DNA of 63,041 bases, counting the filler, from Chiloscyllium plagiosum (lineage: Eukaryota): the NCBI RefSeq assembly GCF_004010195.1. It is 5 parts of 2 records of this genome, joined end to end, with 100 filler letters (N's around TTAATTAATTAA, not from the genome) between each part and the next. Parts side by side here need not be neighbours in the genome. Positions count along the whole stretch, not along the records: positions 11,408 to 40,842 come from NC_057713.1; positions 40,943 to 50,001 come from NC_057713.1; 3 more parts are not named here. One strand, written 5' to 3'. The number at the start of each line of letters is the position of its first letter. The stretch's first letter is position 1. The position numbers and the translations under genes are program-made. The notes under the pieces were generated by a model that had not been told where the DNA came from, ran no database searches, and saw only the letters and a program-made list of their open reading frames with translations. Positions 38,508 through 50,101 of this stretch are shown here, piece by piece.

Positions 38508-40669
38508 TCATGTATTTGCAGTCATTTAATAGTTTTGCTTTTTGATTGTCTAAGAATGAACATTGCATAATTTCTGTTATTGAGATTGTCAACATGGTTG
38601 TAAAACAACAACTATTTTTAGTATATGTCTTATCATTTTGAAATGTGATGGCATATAAACAATTGGAGCATTAGTGCTTTCACATAACAAGGGAGTTCAT
38701 GAAAATTGGGGCAGGATTGAGGTGATAAAACAATACAGCACAAACAAACGTTTAAGGTAATAATTATGGATTTAAGTCGCTGTGATAAAGTCATCTCTTG
38801 AGACTGACTTAGGATAGGATGCCAGCAAAAACAAGGCTTACTTTATGCTGAAGTAATTAAAATGCAAGCACGTGGTTTGTGGTTTTCTGTGACATGCATG
38901 TGCCATATCTGGACATTTACGGAGATTGAAGTTGTTCAAAGGAATTTATACTTTCTTAGGTGCAGTATGAATTAAATGCATTCGTGATGTAATTGTAGGA
39001 GTTCAGTTGCTCTGATGCCACCAGAAAAAGAATTCTTTGTTTGCCTCCGAAAATCACGCATCAGAATAAAGTCTCAGAATATTCCACTGGCACAATGTAT
39101 GGCAGATGTTCCAAATGCATTAAAGATTTAGAAGTGATGATATTTTGAATCTGGTCAATATTGGTTATTAGAAGCAAGAAAAATGCGAACATCAGGATAT
39201 GCAAAAGAAAGAACAAAATAAAGAAGTGCATTAAAAAATTGCTGTTTCAGAGGCAAGAGATACTTAGCTCCTGATTATTTGGGTAAAATATTATGAACAA
39301 ACTGAGTATCATTGAATTTTGTTTCAGCCTGGTTTTTTTAACCAATCCACTTGCATGCACCAGGTGGTGCTAGTGAATCATTTGAGTGTATGAATGGTGC
39401 GCAATTTGCCATGCTAATGGCAGCATCGAAACAGCAACTAATAGATTGCTACATCAGTTGAAAGCAGTGAAATTTATTTTGTGTAAAGTGCACCATGTCA
39501 TGCACTTACTGAACATTTACCTAGAGACTCTCATTCTCATTATGACAGTATTTGCACAACCATAAAGAATCTGACCATTGAGTCAATGGGAGATGATTTT
39601 TTTTTCAGCTGTTGCATAACGTTCCTGCAAAAAAACATTGTTGCCTACAGTTAGTGTCCAGCCATTTAATAGACTGCAGTGATGTTGCCTTTCAGTCAGG
39701 ATCTCTTGTGGGAATGGATGGCATCAACTGACTGGTGCAAATCTTAAGCGTTGTGATGAAACTTCAAAATTGCATCATTAGCCATAAAACACATTGGAAC
39801 ATCCTCATGTCATAAATATCAAGTATTTAAATGCGGGAACCTTTTTTCCATTTAAAAGGTGATGTTAGAGTGTTCCCACTGCCTTTTGAGCGTTGTCCAG
39901 TGACCTGTGAAAATGGATTAGCAACTTTTTAATGCAGCAAAATGTCCCAAGTGTTTCTGATTTATAAAGGTGAGAGTGAGAAGTTGGTCTGACTATCAAG
40001 GCCTATATCTACTGAGCTATCTGCTGTCTACACAAATGACATTAAAAATATGAGAATTTCCCTTGGCATCTCTGTGTAAGGGAACAAGGTGTTGGTCAGA
40101 AAATGCACTCCTATTCAAGGTGACCTGGGCAATTTGATTGCTATTAATGGCTTTCCCTGCAGACCTGTGTTGCATAAACGAACATGATATCAAATATAGA
40201 TAATTTGACTGAATATATTCCCTCATAGACTAAGTTACATACCATGAAAAAATATCAACTTATTCTTTAACTCAAAATGTGAACATTAAAAAAAAGCTAT
40301 TTACACCTGTAAGCCTCCTTTCTCTTACCTGCTTATTATCAAACTCCCACTCTACAAAAGGATTGTAACAATAAAAGCATTAAATATTAAAATTACATCA
40401 GCTTAATTTCAAAACCAGACAGTGGCGTCCTCCTTCCTCTGGCGAAAGATCTCCCTGGGTCATCTTTGATGTTTTGCTGCAAAGATGCTTCATAGGCAGC
40501 TAAACCCAAGACTCTACAACTGTAGTGTCTCCCACCCACCCTCCTTCTCTAACCTAGTCAATAAGGTAAGGTTCATTCTAAACTTCCTCTATTGAATATA
40601 GGTTTGTTATTAATTTTATAGCAACTTGAACTAAGCTTTCTACTTTAGTGCTGAGTGGGTGTTCAGATA

Positions 40670-40842
40670 AGTCGGGTATGGATGCTAGGGCAGTTGCTTG
40701 CTCCTCCTGCAGAATGTGGCAGGTGGGAGACATGGCACACGTCTCCGCTGGCTACATCTGTGGGAAGTGCACCAACTCCAGCTCCTTGAAAACCGTGTTA
40801 GGGAATTGGAGCTGGAGCTGGATGAACTACGGATCATTCGGG
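40670..40842 (+). mobile_element. CR1 ORF1 N-terminal Zn-finger fragment
   Basis: MDARAVACSSCRMW...YICGKC then QLLENRVRELELELDELRIIR after a frameshift. Confidence 0.85.
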
Positions 40843-40942
40843 NNNNNNNNNNNNNNNNNNNNNNNNNNNNNNNNNNNNNNNNNNNNTTAATTAATTAANN
40901 NNNNNNNNNNNNNNNNNNNNNNNNNNNNNNNNNNNNNNNNNN
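40843..40942. other. Assembly gap with six-frame stop linker
   Basis: N44-TTAATTAATTAA-N44. Confidence 0.98.
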
Positions 40943-41025
40943 GTGGGGGATGTTGGGAGCGGTGGGAATTGCGGGGTTGGAGCCGGATTTACCCGCGGGG
41001 CTGTCATCATGAGTGTGGTTGACAG

Positions 41026-41530
41026 GTGTGCGGAGCTGTTGCTGAGGTTTGGGTGTAACGTGAACAGTCGCACAGAGGACAAGGGCGATACAGCCCTGCA
41101 CATTGCAGCCAGGTTCGCTTTGGAGGGTCATGTCCAGTTGTACCTTCATCACGGAGCATCTGTGAACAGGCTGAATGAGAGTGAGCAGAGCCCACTGCAC
41201 TGTGTATGTGCCCAGTCCCACAGCAGCGAGGATGCTGACAGGTATTTCCGAGTCTGTCACTATCTGGTTGAGCATGGGGCCAGTGTGGAGGCACTGGATG
41301 AAGAGAAGCAATCAGCACTGCACTTGGCCTGTCGCACAGTCAACCACAGGATGGTGGATCTGCTCCTGAGCAAAGGAATCGATGTTAACCGCATGGATTA
41401 CGGGGGAAATGCCCCAATGCACAAAGCCCTGCAGGCTGTCGCTTACAAGTTAGAACATGAACCCGAACGCACCGTCCGATCCCTCTTAAACTATGGATCC
41501 ATCCGGATTTGGCCAGGTGCTATTCCAAAG
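41026..41530 (+). CDS. asb10: Internal coding exon of ankyrin repeat and SOCS box protein 10-like gene
   Basis: Open frame with ankyrin repeats (GDTALHIAA, QSPLHCVC, QSALHLAC); CAELLLRFG, MDYGG and LLNYGSIRIWPGAIPK match my recollection of ASB10 (CAELLLRFG...LLNHGAVRVWPGALPK) better than ASB18; acceptor GACAG| at 41025, donor AAG|GTGAGT at 41531; phase 2 to phase 0. Confidence 0.85.
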
Positions 41531-41860
41531 GTGAGTTAATACTTTCACTGCCTCTTCTTTAATGGTCTGTTTAAGTGGGTGTAAGGTGTGGATGAACATC
41601 CCTTTCCCGGAAGACAGAATCAGAGATTCAGAACAGAGGGGGCAGCTTTAACCAATGGAGTCAATCGGGGTTTCCTCAACATGATCATAAGGTGCCCACC
41701 TGCTCCTTCCCTCTGCTTGGTGCTCTGTAACTCCCAAACTTAAAAGATAAGGCCTTCTATCTAAGGAGATCTCAAGCCATTGTCCAACCACCTGCTCCGA
41801 AAGCCTGCTCACATGTCAATTTTTAAACCCACATGATTATCACAAGGTCCCCATGTGAAT

Positions 41861-42288
41861 GTTCTTTTTGTAGCTGCTGTTTTCACCCCTTGTTAGTTTA
41901 TTTGTCTGTCCACAGTATATGGCCAAAAGTGATGGATAGGTTGCAATAACTCTCAGCAAACAGACAGGGTCTCAGGGAGAACGGATTAGATTTGATGATT
42001 TTTTTGAGACAATCCCCATAACACTCCAACAAGTCAATACAGTTCAAAACAAATAATCAGCAACATCTCTTTTAAAAAAAACAAACAACTTCCCCTATCT
42101 CCCAAAAATCGTGGGTCCTTTAGAAAATTCCAGGATCCAGATCTACATCATCATCAAATCTAATCCGTTCTCCCTGAGACCCTGTCTGCTTGCTGAGAGT
42201 TATTGCAACCTATCCATCACTTTTGGCCATATACTGTGGACAGACAAATAAACTAACAAGGGGTGAAAACAGCAGCTACAAAAAGAAC
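41861..42288. repeat. 139-bp inverted repeat with 150-bp spacer
   Basis: 41861-41999 is the reverse complement of 42150-42288 with one mismatch seen. Confidence 0.95.
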
Positions 42289-43260
42289 GTTCGGTTGGTG
42301 GGTGCTGGGTGTCCCAGGGATGTTCTCTGAAACGATCCACAAGTTGGCGTCCTGTCTCCCCAATGTAGTGGAGACCACATCAGGTGCAACAGATACAGTA
42401 GATGACATTGGAAGAGGTACAGGTAAATTTCAGATATGGATGTGGAAGGATCATTTGAGTCCTGTGTTTTTGGCGGTCTCCCTGTGCTCTTGCTGAGGGG
42501 AGAGGTGTGGGTGCAGGTTTTGCAATTCTTGTGGTGCCAGGAGAAGGTGCGGGAAGTGGGGTATGGATCTGACAAGGGAGTCACACAGGGAATGGTCTCT
42601 CTCCAGCCCCCCACATCTCCTCTCTCACCTCTGTCCAAGGTCCCAAAGGATCCTTCCATATCTGACAGAAATGAGACCTGCACTTCCACCAATGTAAATG
42701 ACTGCAACCGTTACACCCAATGTGATCTCCTCAAATGGGGAGTCAGGACATCAACATGCGGATTCCTTCAGAGAACATCTCCGGGACACCCACACTTACC
42801 AACCCCACGCCCTGTAGCTGAATACTTCAACTCCCCCTCCCACTCCGCCAAGGACATGCAGTTCCTGGGCCTCCTCCATCGTCAACCCAAAGCCTGGAGG
42901 AAGTATGCCTCATATCCCGTCTTGGGACACTGCAACCACACGGAATCAATGTGGATTTCAACAATTCCTCATTTCCCTCCCCCCACCTTATCACAGTCCC
43001 AAGCCTCCAACTGGGCACCGCCCTCTGGACCTGTCCATCATTTCTATCTGCTTCACCCTCCCCTCTGACCTATCACCTTCTCCCTCATCTTTAGCCACCT
43101 ATCGCTTTCTCAACTACCTTCCCCCAACCCCACCCCCCTCCCATTTATCTGAGCCCCCCAGCCCACAAGCCCCATTCCTGAGGAAGGGCTTCTGTCTGAA
43201 ACATCAATTCTCCTGCTCCTCAGATGCTGCCTGATCTGCTGTGCTTTACCACTCTCTCGA
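42289..43260 (+). mobile_element. Degenerate Neptune-like PLE endonuclease and pLTR with inverted upstream segment (~42289-42600)
   Basis: Minus arm HKNCKTC..LHWGD; plus arm TCTSTNV...VAEYFNSPSHSAKDMQFLGLLH then CCTGAGGAAGGGCTT. Confidence 0.8.
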
Positions 43261-43577
43261 CCCACATTCCAAGGTCCAGAACTATGTGCTGAAGGATGCA
43301 GTAAAGACTGGGACAGTTGCCACCAAGGCACAAGAGGGTAAAGACCACTGTCTAAGGTCTTTCTGTTGAAGTTAAATTGGGTTCCATTCAGTTATCAGAC
43401 CCTCCCGATACCTCATATACATGTAATATAATCTTGTGCAATTAAGAAATGCCTTTGGTTTGTGAGTCAAACTCCAATGTTTGTTTCTTATTATGCTGCT
43501 GTACAAAACCAAACTGCTTTAGTGACTACATATGTATTTTAAGATATTTTTATGAACAAAGTATAGATTTGATCGTT

Positions 43578-43733
43578 CAGCCCCCTTGGCCCGTAAGCCT
43601 CGTTCCTGATGAAGGTCTTTTGCCCGAAACATCGATTCTCCTGCTCCTCGGATGCTGCCTGACCAGCTGTGCTTTTCCAGCACCGCACTCTCGACTCCAA
43701 TCTCCAGCATCTGCAGCCCCCACTTTCTCCTCC
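43578..43733 (+). mobile_element. Solo PLE pLTR
   Basis: CCTGATGAAGGTCTTTTGCCCGAAACATCG...CTCCAGCATCTGCAGCCCCCACTTTCTCC. Confidence 0.85.
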
Positions 43734-43739
43734 ATAATA

Positions 43740-44105
43740 GAGCTGCAGACAAGATTCTTCGACAACTTGGCAGGGTAGATGTGGAAGGTTGTTTCCCTGT
43801 GCGGGAGAGTCGAGGATCAGAGAGCATCCTCTCTGAATAATGGGTCACACATTTAAGACAGAAATGAAGAGGAACTTTCTAATCTAATAGGGTAGTGAAT
43901 TTGTGGAATTCTTTACTGCAGACAAGTGCTGAGGTTACGTTATTGAATGCTGAGATAGAGAGGTTTTTAATCAGTAAAGGGATCAAGGCATTTAGAGAAA
44001 AGGCAGGAACTGAATTTCAGGATTTCCAGATCAGCCACCATCTCATTGAATGGTGGAGCAGACTCAGTGAGATGAATGACCTTTTCTGATCTTATACCTT
44101 ATGGA
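43740..44105 (+). mobile_element. Old CR1 3' fragment
   Basis: RVVNLWNSLLQ...AEIERFLISKGIK. Confidence 0.7.
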
Positions 44106-44348
44106 ATTTCCTGTCCTTACTGTGTACCACTGTTCATGTTCCTTACAAAATACTTGCTTTCTTTACCATGGACCTGTGTACGTTACTGTGTACCTGCACT
44201 CAATATCATACCCTGTATTCCTGATCATAGACCTGTGGAGATGACTACATTCCTGTGTTCCGTGCTGTGTAGCTGCGCTCTGTCAGTGCACATTATCTTT
44301 CCGGTCTTCCCTTTCTTTATTCTACATTGCATTGAAAGAATGTTGGTT

Positions 44349-44460
44349 CCTGGAGGATTGGGTGGGGGACCCTGGAGGATTGGGTGGGGGACCCTGAAGG
44401 ATTGAGGTGGGGGACCCTGAAGGATTGAGGTGGGGGACCCTGGAGGATTGGGTGGGAGGG
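44349..44460. repeat. ~22-bp G-rich minisatellite, about 5 copies
   Basis: (CCTGRAGGATTGRGTGGGGGAC)n. Confidence 0.9.
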
Positions 44461-45069
44461 GGTGGAATCCACTGACAGTTTTTTTTTGTTTTATTGAACA
44501 GTATTAAACAGTTAACATTAACGACTGTATACAGAGAAGCAGCAGTTTTACGAGGGAGAGGATCACCCACTGACATTTTTAAATGGAAGTTTGACTCTTG
44601 TAGGATTCTGAAAATTGGCCAATGGCAGGTAAATGGTCCTGAACTGACCAATGAAATGATGAGGCATATTTCACTCTGATTGGGACCTAGTGGACTCCCT
44701 ATGGCTGAAGGCTCTCATGTTGTGGTGGATGGTGAAATAGCCTCTCCAAAGATCATATTTGGGATGACTAATTGGAATAGTGTCAAGTGTATGAGTCACT
44801 CAATTAGAGATTACTGTTTCCTGACCTATAGCAAGTTTCCACATCTATAATTAATAAAATAATTAATAGTACAGTCCAAAGTCATCTTCACATTAATAAA
44901 CTCACTCTGACCCCTGGCCACTGGGGAGATACTGAGTTCAGTGGCCAAGAGCTCAACTTTCAGGGAGTTGGGTTTTAAGGAAACTCCTAAACAAGAAGTA
45001 GAGAGAGTTTGAGCGAGAGAGTTCTGTACAATGGGACACAATGTCAGAGCTTCATTCAAATAAAAAGAG

Positions 45070-45320
45070 ATCAGAGGGATGTAGGGCTGTAGAGACTGGA
45101 GGAGGTGACAGAGAGGGGGTGTACGGGCTGGAGGGGGTGACAGAGAGGGGATCACAGAGAGGGAGGTGTAGAGACTGGAGGAGGTGACAGAGAGGGGGTG
45201 TACGGGCTGGAGGGGGTGACAGGGAAAGGGAGGGGGTGTAGGGGCTGGGGGGTGTTACCGAGGTAGGGATGGAGCGTAGGGCCTGGATGAGATGACAGAA
45301 GTAGGGAGGGTTGTAGGGTT
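45070..45320. repeat. ~30-bp purine-rich minisatellite
   Basis: GTGTA(C/G)GGGCTGGAGGRGGTGACAGAGAGGGG-type units. Confidence 0.8.
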
Positions 45321-45973
45321 TCAAGGAAGCTGAAAATAAAGATGTATATTTACAGGTTGAGGAGCTGTTTGAGTGGGAGACAATGGTCAGTTATTCCACT
45401 GTGACTGTTTGAGGGATGGTTTCCTGTCTGTCTGCTCCGAGATATTAGGGATAGTTCATCTCCAAGCTCACCCTACCCCTCCTTCCTGATCCGGACAGAC
45501 ACAGCATACCCACAGCAGGTGGGTTCAGCCTGAAACGTGGTGTATTTTCTGAACCTGGGAACTCCACAGGCTCGGTCTGGATACTGTAACAACAACTGAG
45601 GAGGCAGGGGCAGGTGCAGGATGAGGACAGGGTAGGGGGGGTCAATGTGAAGGACAGTTCTCCCCATCATTACACTGTGGGGTTCAATATCACACAGTGA
45701 CAGCACCAGTATCTTCACAAGATGCAGTGTGAGAGATCACAGAGTACTGTAAAGCTCATAGCCAAACTGGAGACAGGCCATTCAGTCCATCTACTCTGCA
45801 TGGCCTGTCTCCAGTCATTCCAAAATCCAATTAGTTTTTGAACAGTGTTTCCTGGGGGAGATGATTCTGTCACCAGCCTCGGAGACTGCAGAAGAATTTA
45901 TTAATCCCGAGGTCACCATCAACCCTAAAACCTGGCGTATTTCTCATTGCCTGCTTCAAGTAAGATTTCAGGT

Positions 45974-46169
45974 TTAATAGTGTGGTGCTGGAAAAGCACA
46001 GCCAGTATCCGAGGAGCAGGAGAGTCGATGTTTCACCCAATTCCTGATGAAAATCTTATGCTCGAAATGCCGATCCCCCTGCTCCTCGGATGCTGCCTGA
46101 CCGGCTGTGCTTTTCCAGCACCCCACATTTTGACTCGGACTTCCAGCATCTGCAGTCCTCACTTCCTCC
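45974..46169 (+). mobile_element. Fold-back PLE pLTR insertion, older
   Basis: Inverted arms; duplication TAAG(A/G)TTTCAGGT at 45961-45973 and 46170-46182. Confidence 0.85.
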
Positions 46170-47194
46170 TAAGGTTTCAGGTGTAATTCCAACCATTCTC
46201 TGAAGAACATCATAGTCCTTTCTCAAATTAAACGCCTTGTTTCCACGTCACAAAACCCAGGCATCACCACTCCAGGCTCAGACCCAGATTCTCACCATGG
46301 GGTTCAAGCTTTTCAATTTGGTCTGCACATCCAGAACTGGACCCAGTGCCTGAGGGTCTGACCCTGCCCAGTCCCAGCGGATGTCTGACCTGTACATTAC
46401 TGTTCCAGCTCTGTGTTATTTAACATTCTCTCACTTTGTTGAAGTATTTGGATGGAGCAGGTGTATAGAGAGAGACTGATATGAGAGGGGAGCAGTGTGC
46501 TATAACGTGTCAATTACCAGTGCAACACTCACTAACATACTGTATATGAACAGGACTGAGATAATGATCAGTTAAACCTCAGACTGAATAAGCAATAAAT
46601 GATCATGAAATGAATGACTAATCTTAGTTCCCTGGCTGGGAGTGAAGACAGTAAAGGGTGAAGGACACCCAGTGGGTGACACTCAATAGTTAATTTGAGA
46701 AGAAGGTAAGTATGGCTGGGACGGAGCGAGCTCAGATCAGGCCCAGTCTCTGTAACTGTACATGGGCCAGACTGTCAGCTGCTCAGAGCCTGTCTTGATA
46801 TCCATACTGTCGCTTTGATCCATTTCCCACTCACTCTCATTTTATTCCTCTCTTGTTGAGCATTTAATGAGTCTGAGAGAGAAAAAAAAACAATTTATCT
46901 TGTTGAGGGTAAATGGTTGCTGGCTGTTCAGTGATGGCCCACATTAAATGGCCATTTACTGGCGGTTTGTAATGAACTTTCCAATCAATCACCCACAGCA
47001 GAGAGAAGACGGGAGGGAGGGAGGGAGGGACTGCACTGACTCAGGAGCACAGCATCAAGTGGAGAGGATACTGACTTAACCCTTGCACTCACCAGGAGAC
47101 TCTCTCGCTGTCTACTGGAGCAGGTCTGTGCCAGGGAGGACAACCCCAAAATATTAACATTGAAACCGGCAAAAAAATTTTGATTCCTCTCTGA

Positions 47195-47850
47195 CCACAG
47201 GAGAGGTGCCAAAGGGGTGGTAAACAGCCAATCAGGTAGTGTTATTGAAGAATAGAGGAAGGGATAAACCAGAAAACTATAGGCAGGTCAGCCTGGCGGT
47301 GGGGAAACTATTGGAAGCAATTCTGAACGACAGAATCAATCTGCACTTGGAGAGACAGGGACTAATCAAGGAACAGTCAGCATGATTTTGTTAAGGGGAG
47401 GTCATATCTGTCCAACTTAATTATGTTTTTCAAAGAGGTGACCAGGATCTTATAGAGGTTTACAAAATTATGAGGGGCATGGATAGGGTAAATAGGCAAA
47501 GTCTTTTCCCTGGGGTCGGGGAGTCCAGAACTAGAGGGCATAGGTTTAGGGTGAGAGGGGAAAGATATAAAAGAGACCTAAGGGGCAACTTTTTCACATA
47601 GAGGGTGGTACTTGTATGGAATGAGCTGCCAGAGGAAGTGGTGGAGGCTGGTACAATTGCAACATTTAAGAGGCATTTGGATGGGTATATGAATAGGAAG
47701 GGTTTGGAGGGATATGGGCCGGGTGCTGGCAGGTGGGACTAGATTGGGTTGGGATATCTGGGACAGCATGGACGGGTTGGACTGAAGGGTCTGTTTCTGT
47801 GCGGTACATCTCTATGACTGTATGGCTGTAGATGAAGGCAATGCTCTTGG
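47195..47850 (+). mobile_element. CR1 RT fragment with a nested younger CR1 3' end (~47447-47823)
   Basis: PENYRQVSL...QHDFVKGRS; then DLIEVYKIMRG...WNELPEEVVEAG and CTCTATGACTGTA tail. Confidence 0.85.
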
Positions 47851-48300
47851 TAAGGTGTCAGACAGGATAGCCCCTACTAGGCCCGTTGGGAATGACTAAA
47901 CAACCTCCCTGTGGAGTTTGCTGACTGAGTTCCCTTGGTAACAAGCAATGGCCCAGCCAGTTGGAACTCATCACCTGAGCCCTCTTATGGTAGTGTCCCT
48001 ACCCCTGGTCTGAGGCTGCACCCTTGGGTGCTAGTCTTTTCTACCAATGGCAACATTTTCCCAACATCTACTCTCCAGGCCATTCAGTATTCTGTAAGCT
48101 TTAATTAGATGCCCCCCCCCCCCCCCACATCCTTCTAAACTCCATCAAGTACAGACCCAGAGTCCTCAAACTTTCCTCATATGTTAAGCTTTTCATTCCA
48201 GGGACCATTCTCATGAACCTCCTCTGACCAAGCTCCATGGCCAGTACATCCTTCCCAAGATATGGGGCCCAAAACTGTGCACAAGGCTCCAAATGTGGTC

Positions 48301-48488
48301 CAGGTGAAAGTGCTGGAGATTAGAGTCAGGATTAGAGTGGTGCTGGAAAAGCACAGCAGGTCAGGCAGCATCTGAGGAACAGGAAAATTGATGTTTAGGG
48401 CAAAAGCCTTCCTGATGAAACATCGATTCTCCTGCTCCTCAGATGCTGCCTGACCTGCAGTGCTTTTCTAGCACCACTCTAATCTTGA
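48301..48488 (-). mobile_element. Fold-back PLE pLTR inserted in a minus-strand CR1 fragment (~48040-48510)
   Basis: Inverted arms; 14-bp duplication CTCCAAATGTGGTC at 48287-48300 and 48489-48502. Confidence 0.9.
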
Positions 48489-48619
48489 CTCCAAATGTGG
48501 TCTGACCAGTAGTAGTAACCTGAGGATTGGGAGGTTTATGGAGTAAAATAAAGGAACATCAAGACTCTGAAATGAAAATGGAGAATGGAATATTAATGCC
48601 AACTGGCAAAACATAAAAT

Positions 48620-49625
48620 GGGCTTGAGAAACCTTCACTTTTCATCATTAAACAAGCACCAAACCTCAAACAGATCATTGTTCATAGCAAGCTGCCCGGC
48701 TCTCAGGACAACTCCATACAACCCTGTCACGGTGGACGCTGCAAAACGTGTCAGAGTGTGGACATGGAAACCACCATTACACGTGGGGACATGGCAGGTA
48801 CTCATGTGACTCAGCCAACGTTGTCCATCTTATACGTTGCAGGCAAGGATGCCGGAGGCATGGTACATTGGGGAAACCGAGCAAAGGCTACGACAACGGA
48901 TGTATGGGCACCGCACAACAATCAACAGACAGGAGGGTTCCCTCCCAGTTGGGGGACACTTCAGTGGTCCAGGACATTCAGCCTCGGACCTTCGGGTGAC
49001 CATCCTCCAAAGCAGACTTTGGGACAGGCAGCAGCGAAAAATGGCCGAGCAGAGGCTGATAGCTAAGTTCCACACCCATAGGGAGGGCCTCAACACGGAC
49101 CTTGGGTTCATGTCACGTTACAAGTGATCACTGGTGCACTATACACACACACAGACACACACACACCTTTTCACAGACTTATACCCCTTTACACTCACAC
49201 ACATACACATACACACACACACACAAAGTTTGTGGGGTGAATTTGTACTTGCAGAATTACATTTCATTTGGCTCAAAAACTGCATGAATCCATGTGAGAT
49301 TCTGTACATCCCTTTTTTAGATTAGAATCAGTCTGAACATTGGGCACAGACAGCCTCACACAGGGCACCTCATACCTTCAATGCAGTATCTGGGCCAACA
49401 GGACACCTATTGTTAAAGTTCACTTGAGAGTGTAACTTGAAGAAAGTGCTGGGATTTATTATATGAAAGAATTGAAACCAACATGTTCATTCTAAAAGAT
49501 GAGAGACTTAACAAACAATCCAGGTCTTTTCAATATATTATTTCAGTTACATCACACTGTAAACTTTTGTTATAAATTCTGAGTCTTACAATCTTATTCT
49601 CCACAAACACCGGCATCTCCAAATC
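48620..49625 (+). mobile_element. PLE family 2: Cys-rich linker, GIY-YIG endonuclease and 3' region
   Basis: PCHGGRCKTC, YSCDSANVVHLIRC, WYIGETEQRLRQRMYGH, EQRLIAKFHTHREGLN. Confidence 0.92.
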
Positions 49626-49665
49626 ATGACCAGGAGGGAAACTATTAGAATCTATTAAAAATTAT

Positions 49666-50001
49666 GGGATGGGAATCTAAGATGGCGGTGACCTGAGAAG
49701 ATCACACTGCAGAGCTTCGGATCGCAGTAGGAGCAGGACGGTCCTTTAACCTGCCCAACCCAGGTCATCAGGATTTCTTGGGGCATTGGAAAGATTGTGG
49801 AGCCCAAGAAACATTTAAAAATGGACTTACCTGTATTTTCAGCTGTCCAGAAATGCCTATAAAGGGAGGAGGAGCATCTGAGACCGGGCCTGCAGCTCAG
49901 CCTGCTGCAGCCTCGGAGCCGATTACTCTCCAGGACCTGGTGAACCAGCTCTCGAAATCTTGCGAGATGTTGGGGAAACAGATTGAAGAGAAGCTGGCTC
50001 C
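49666..50001 (+). mobile_element. 5' end of an L1-type retrotransposon (5'UTR plus ORF1 start), truncated by the gap
   Basis: YY1 motif AAGATGGCG at 49679-49687 just after TTAAAAA target-like sequence; ATG at 49853 opens MPIKGGGASE...LQDLVNQLSKSCEMLGKQIEEKLA (coiled-coil-like). Confidence 0.65.
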
Positions 50002-50101
50002 NNNNNNNNNNNNNNNNNNNNNNNNNNNNNNNNNNNNNNNNNNNNTTAATTAATTAANNNNNNNNNNNNNNNNNNNNNNNNNNNNNNNNNNNNNNNNNNN
50101 N
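50002..50101. other. Assembly gap with six-frame stop linker
   Basis: N44-TTAATTAATTAA-N44. Confidence 0.98.

Noticed and set aside
40943..41025. N-terminal extension of the ankyrin ORF (MGDVGSGG...)
   Set aside because: Lies upstream of the AG where ASB10 similarity begins; treated as intron.
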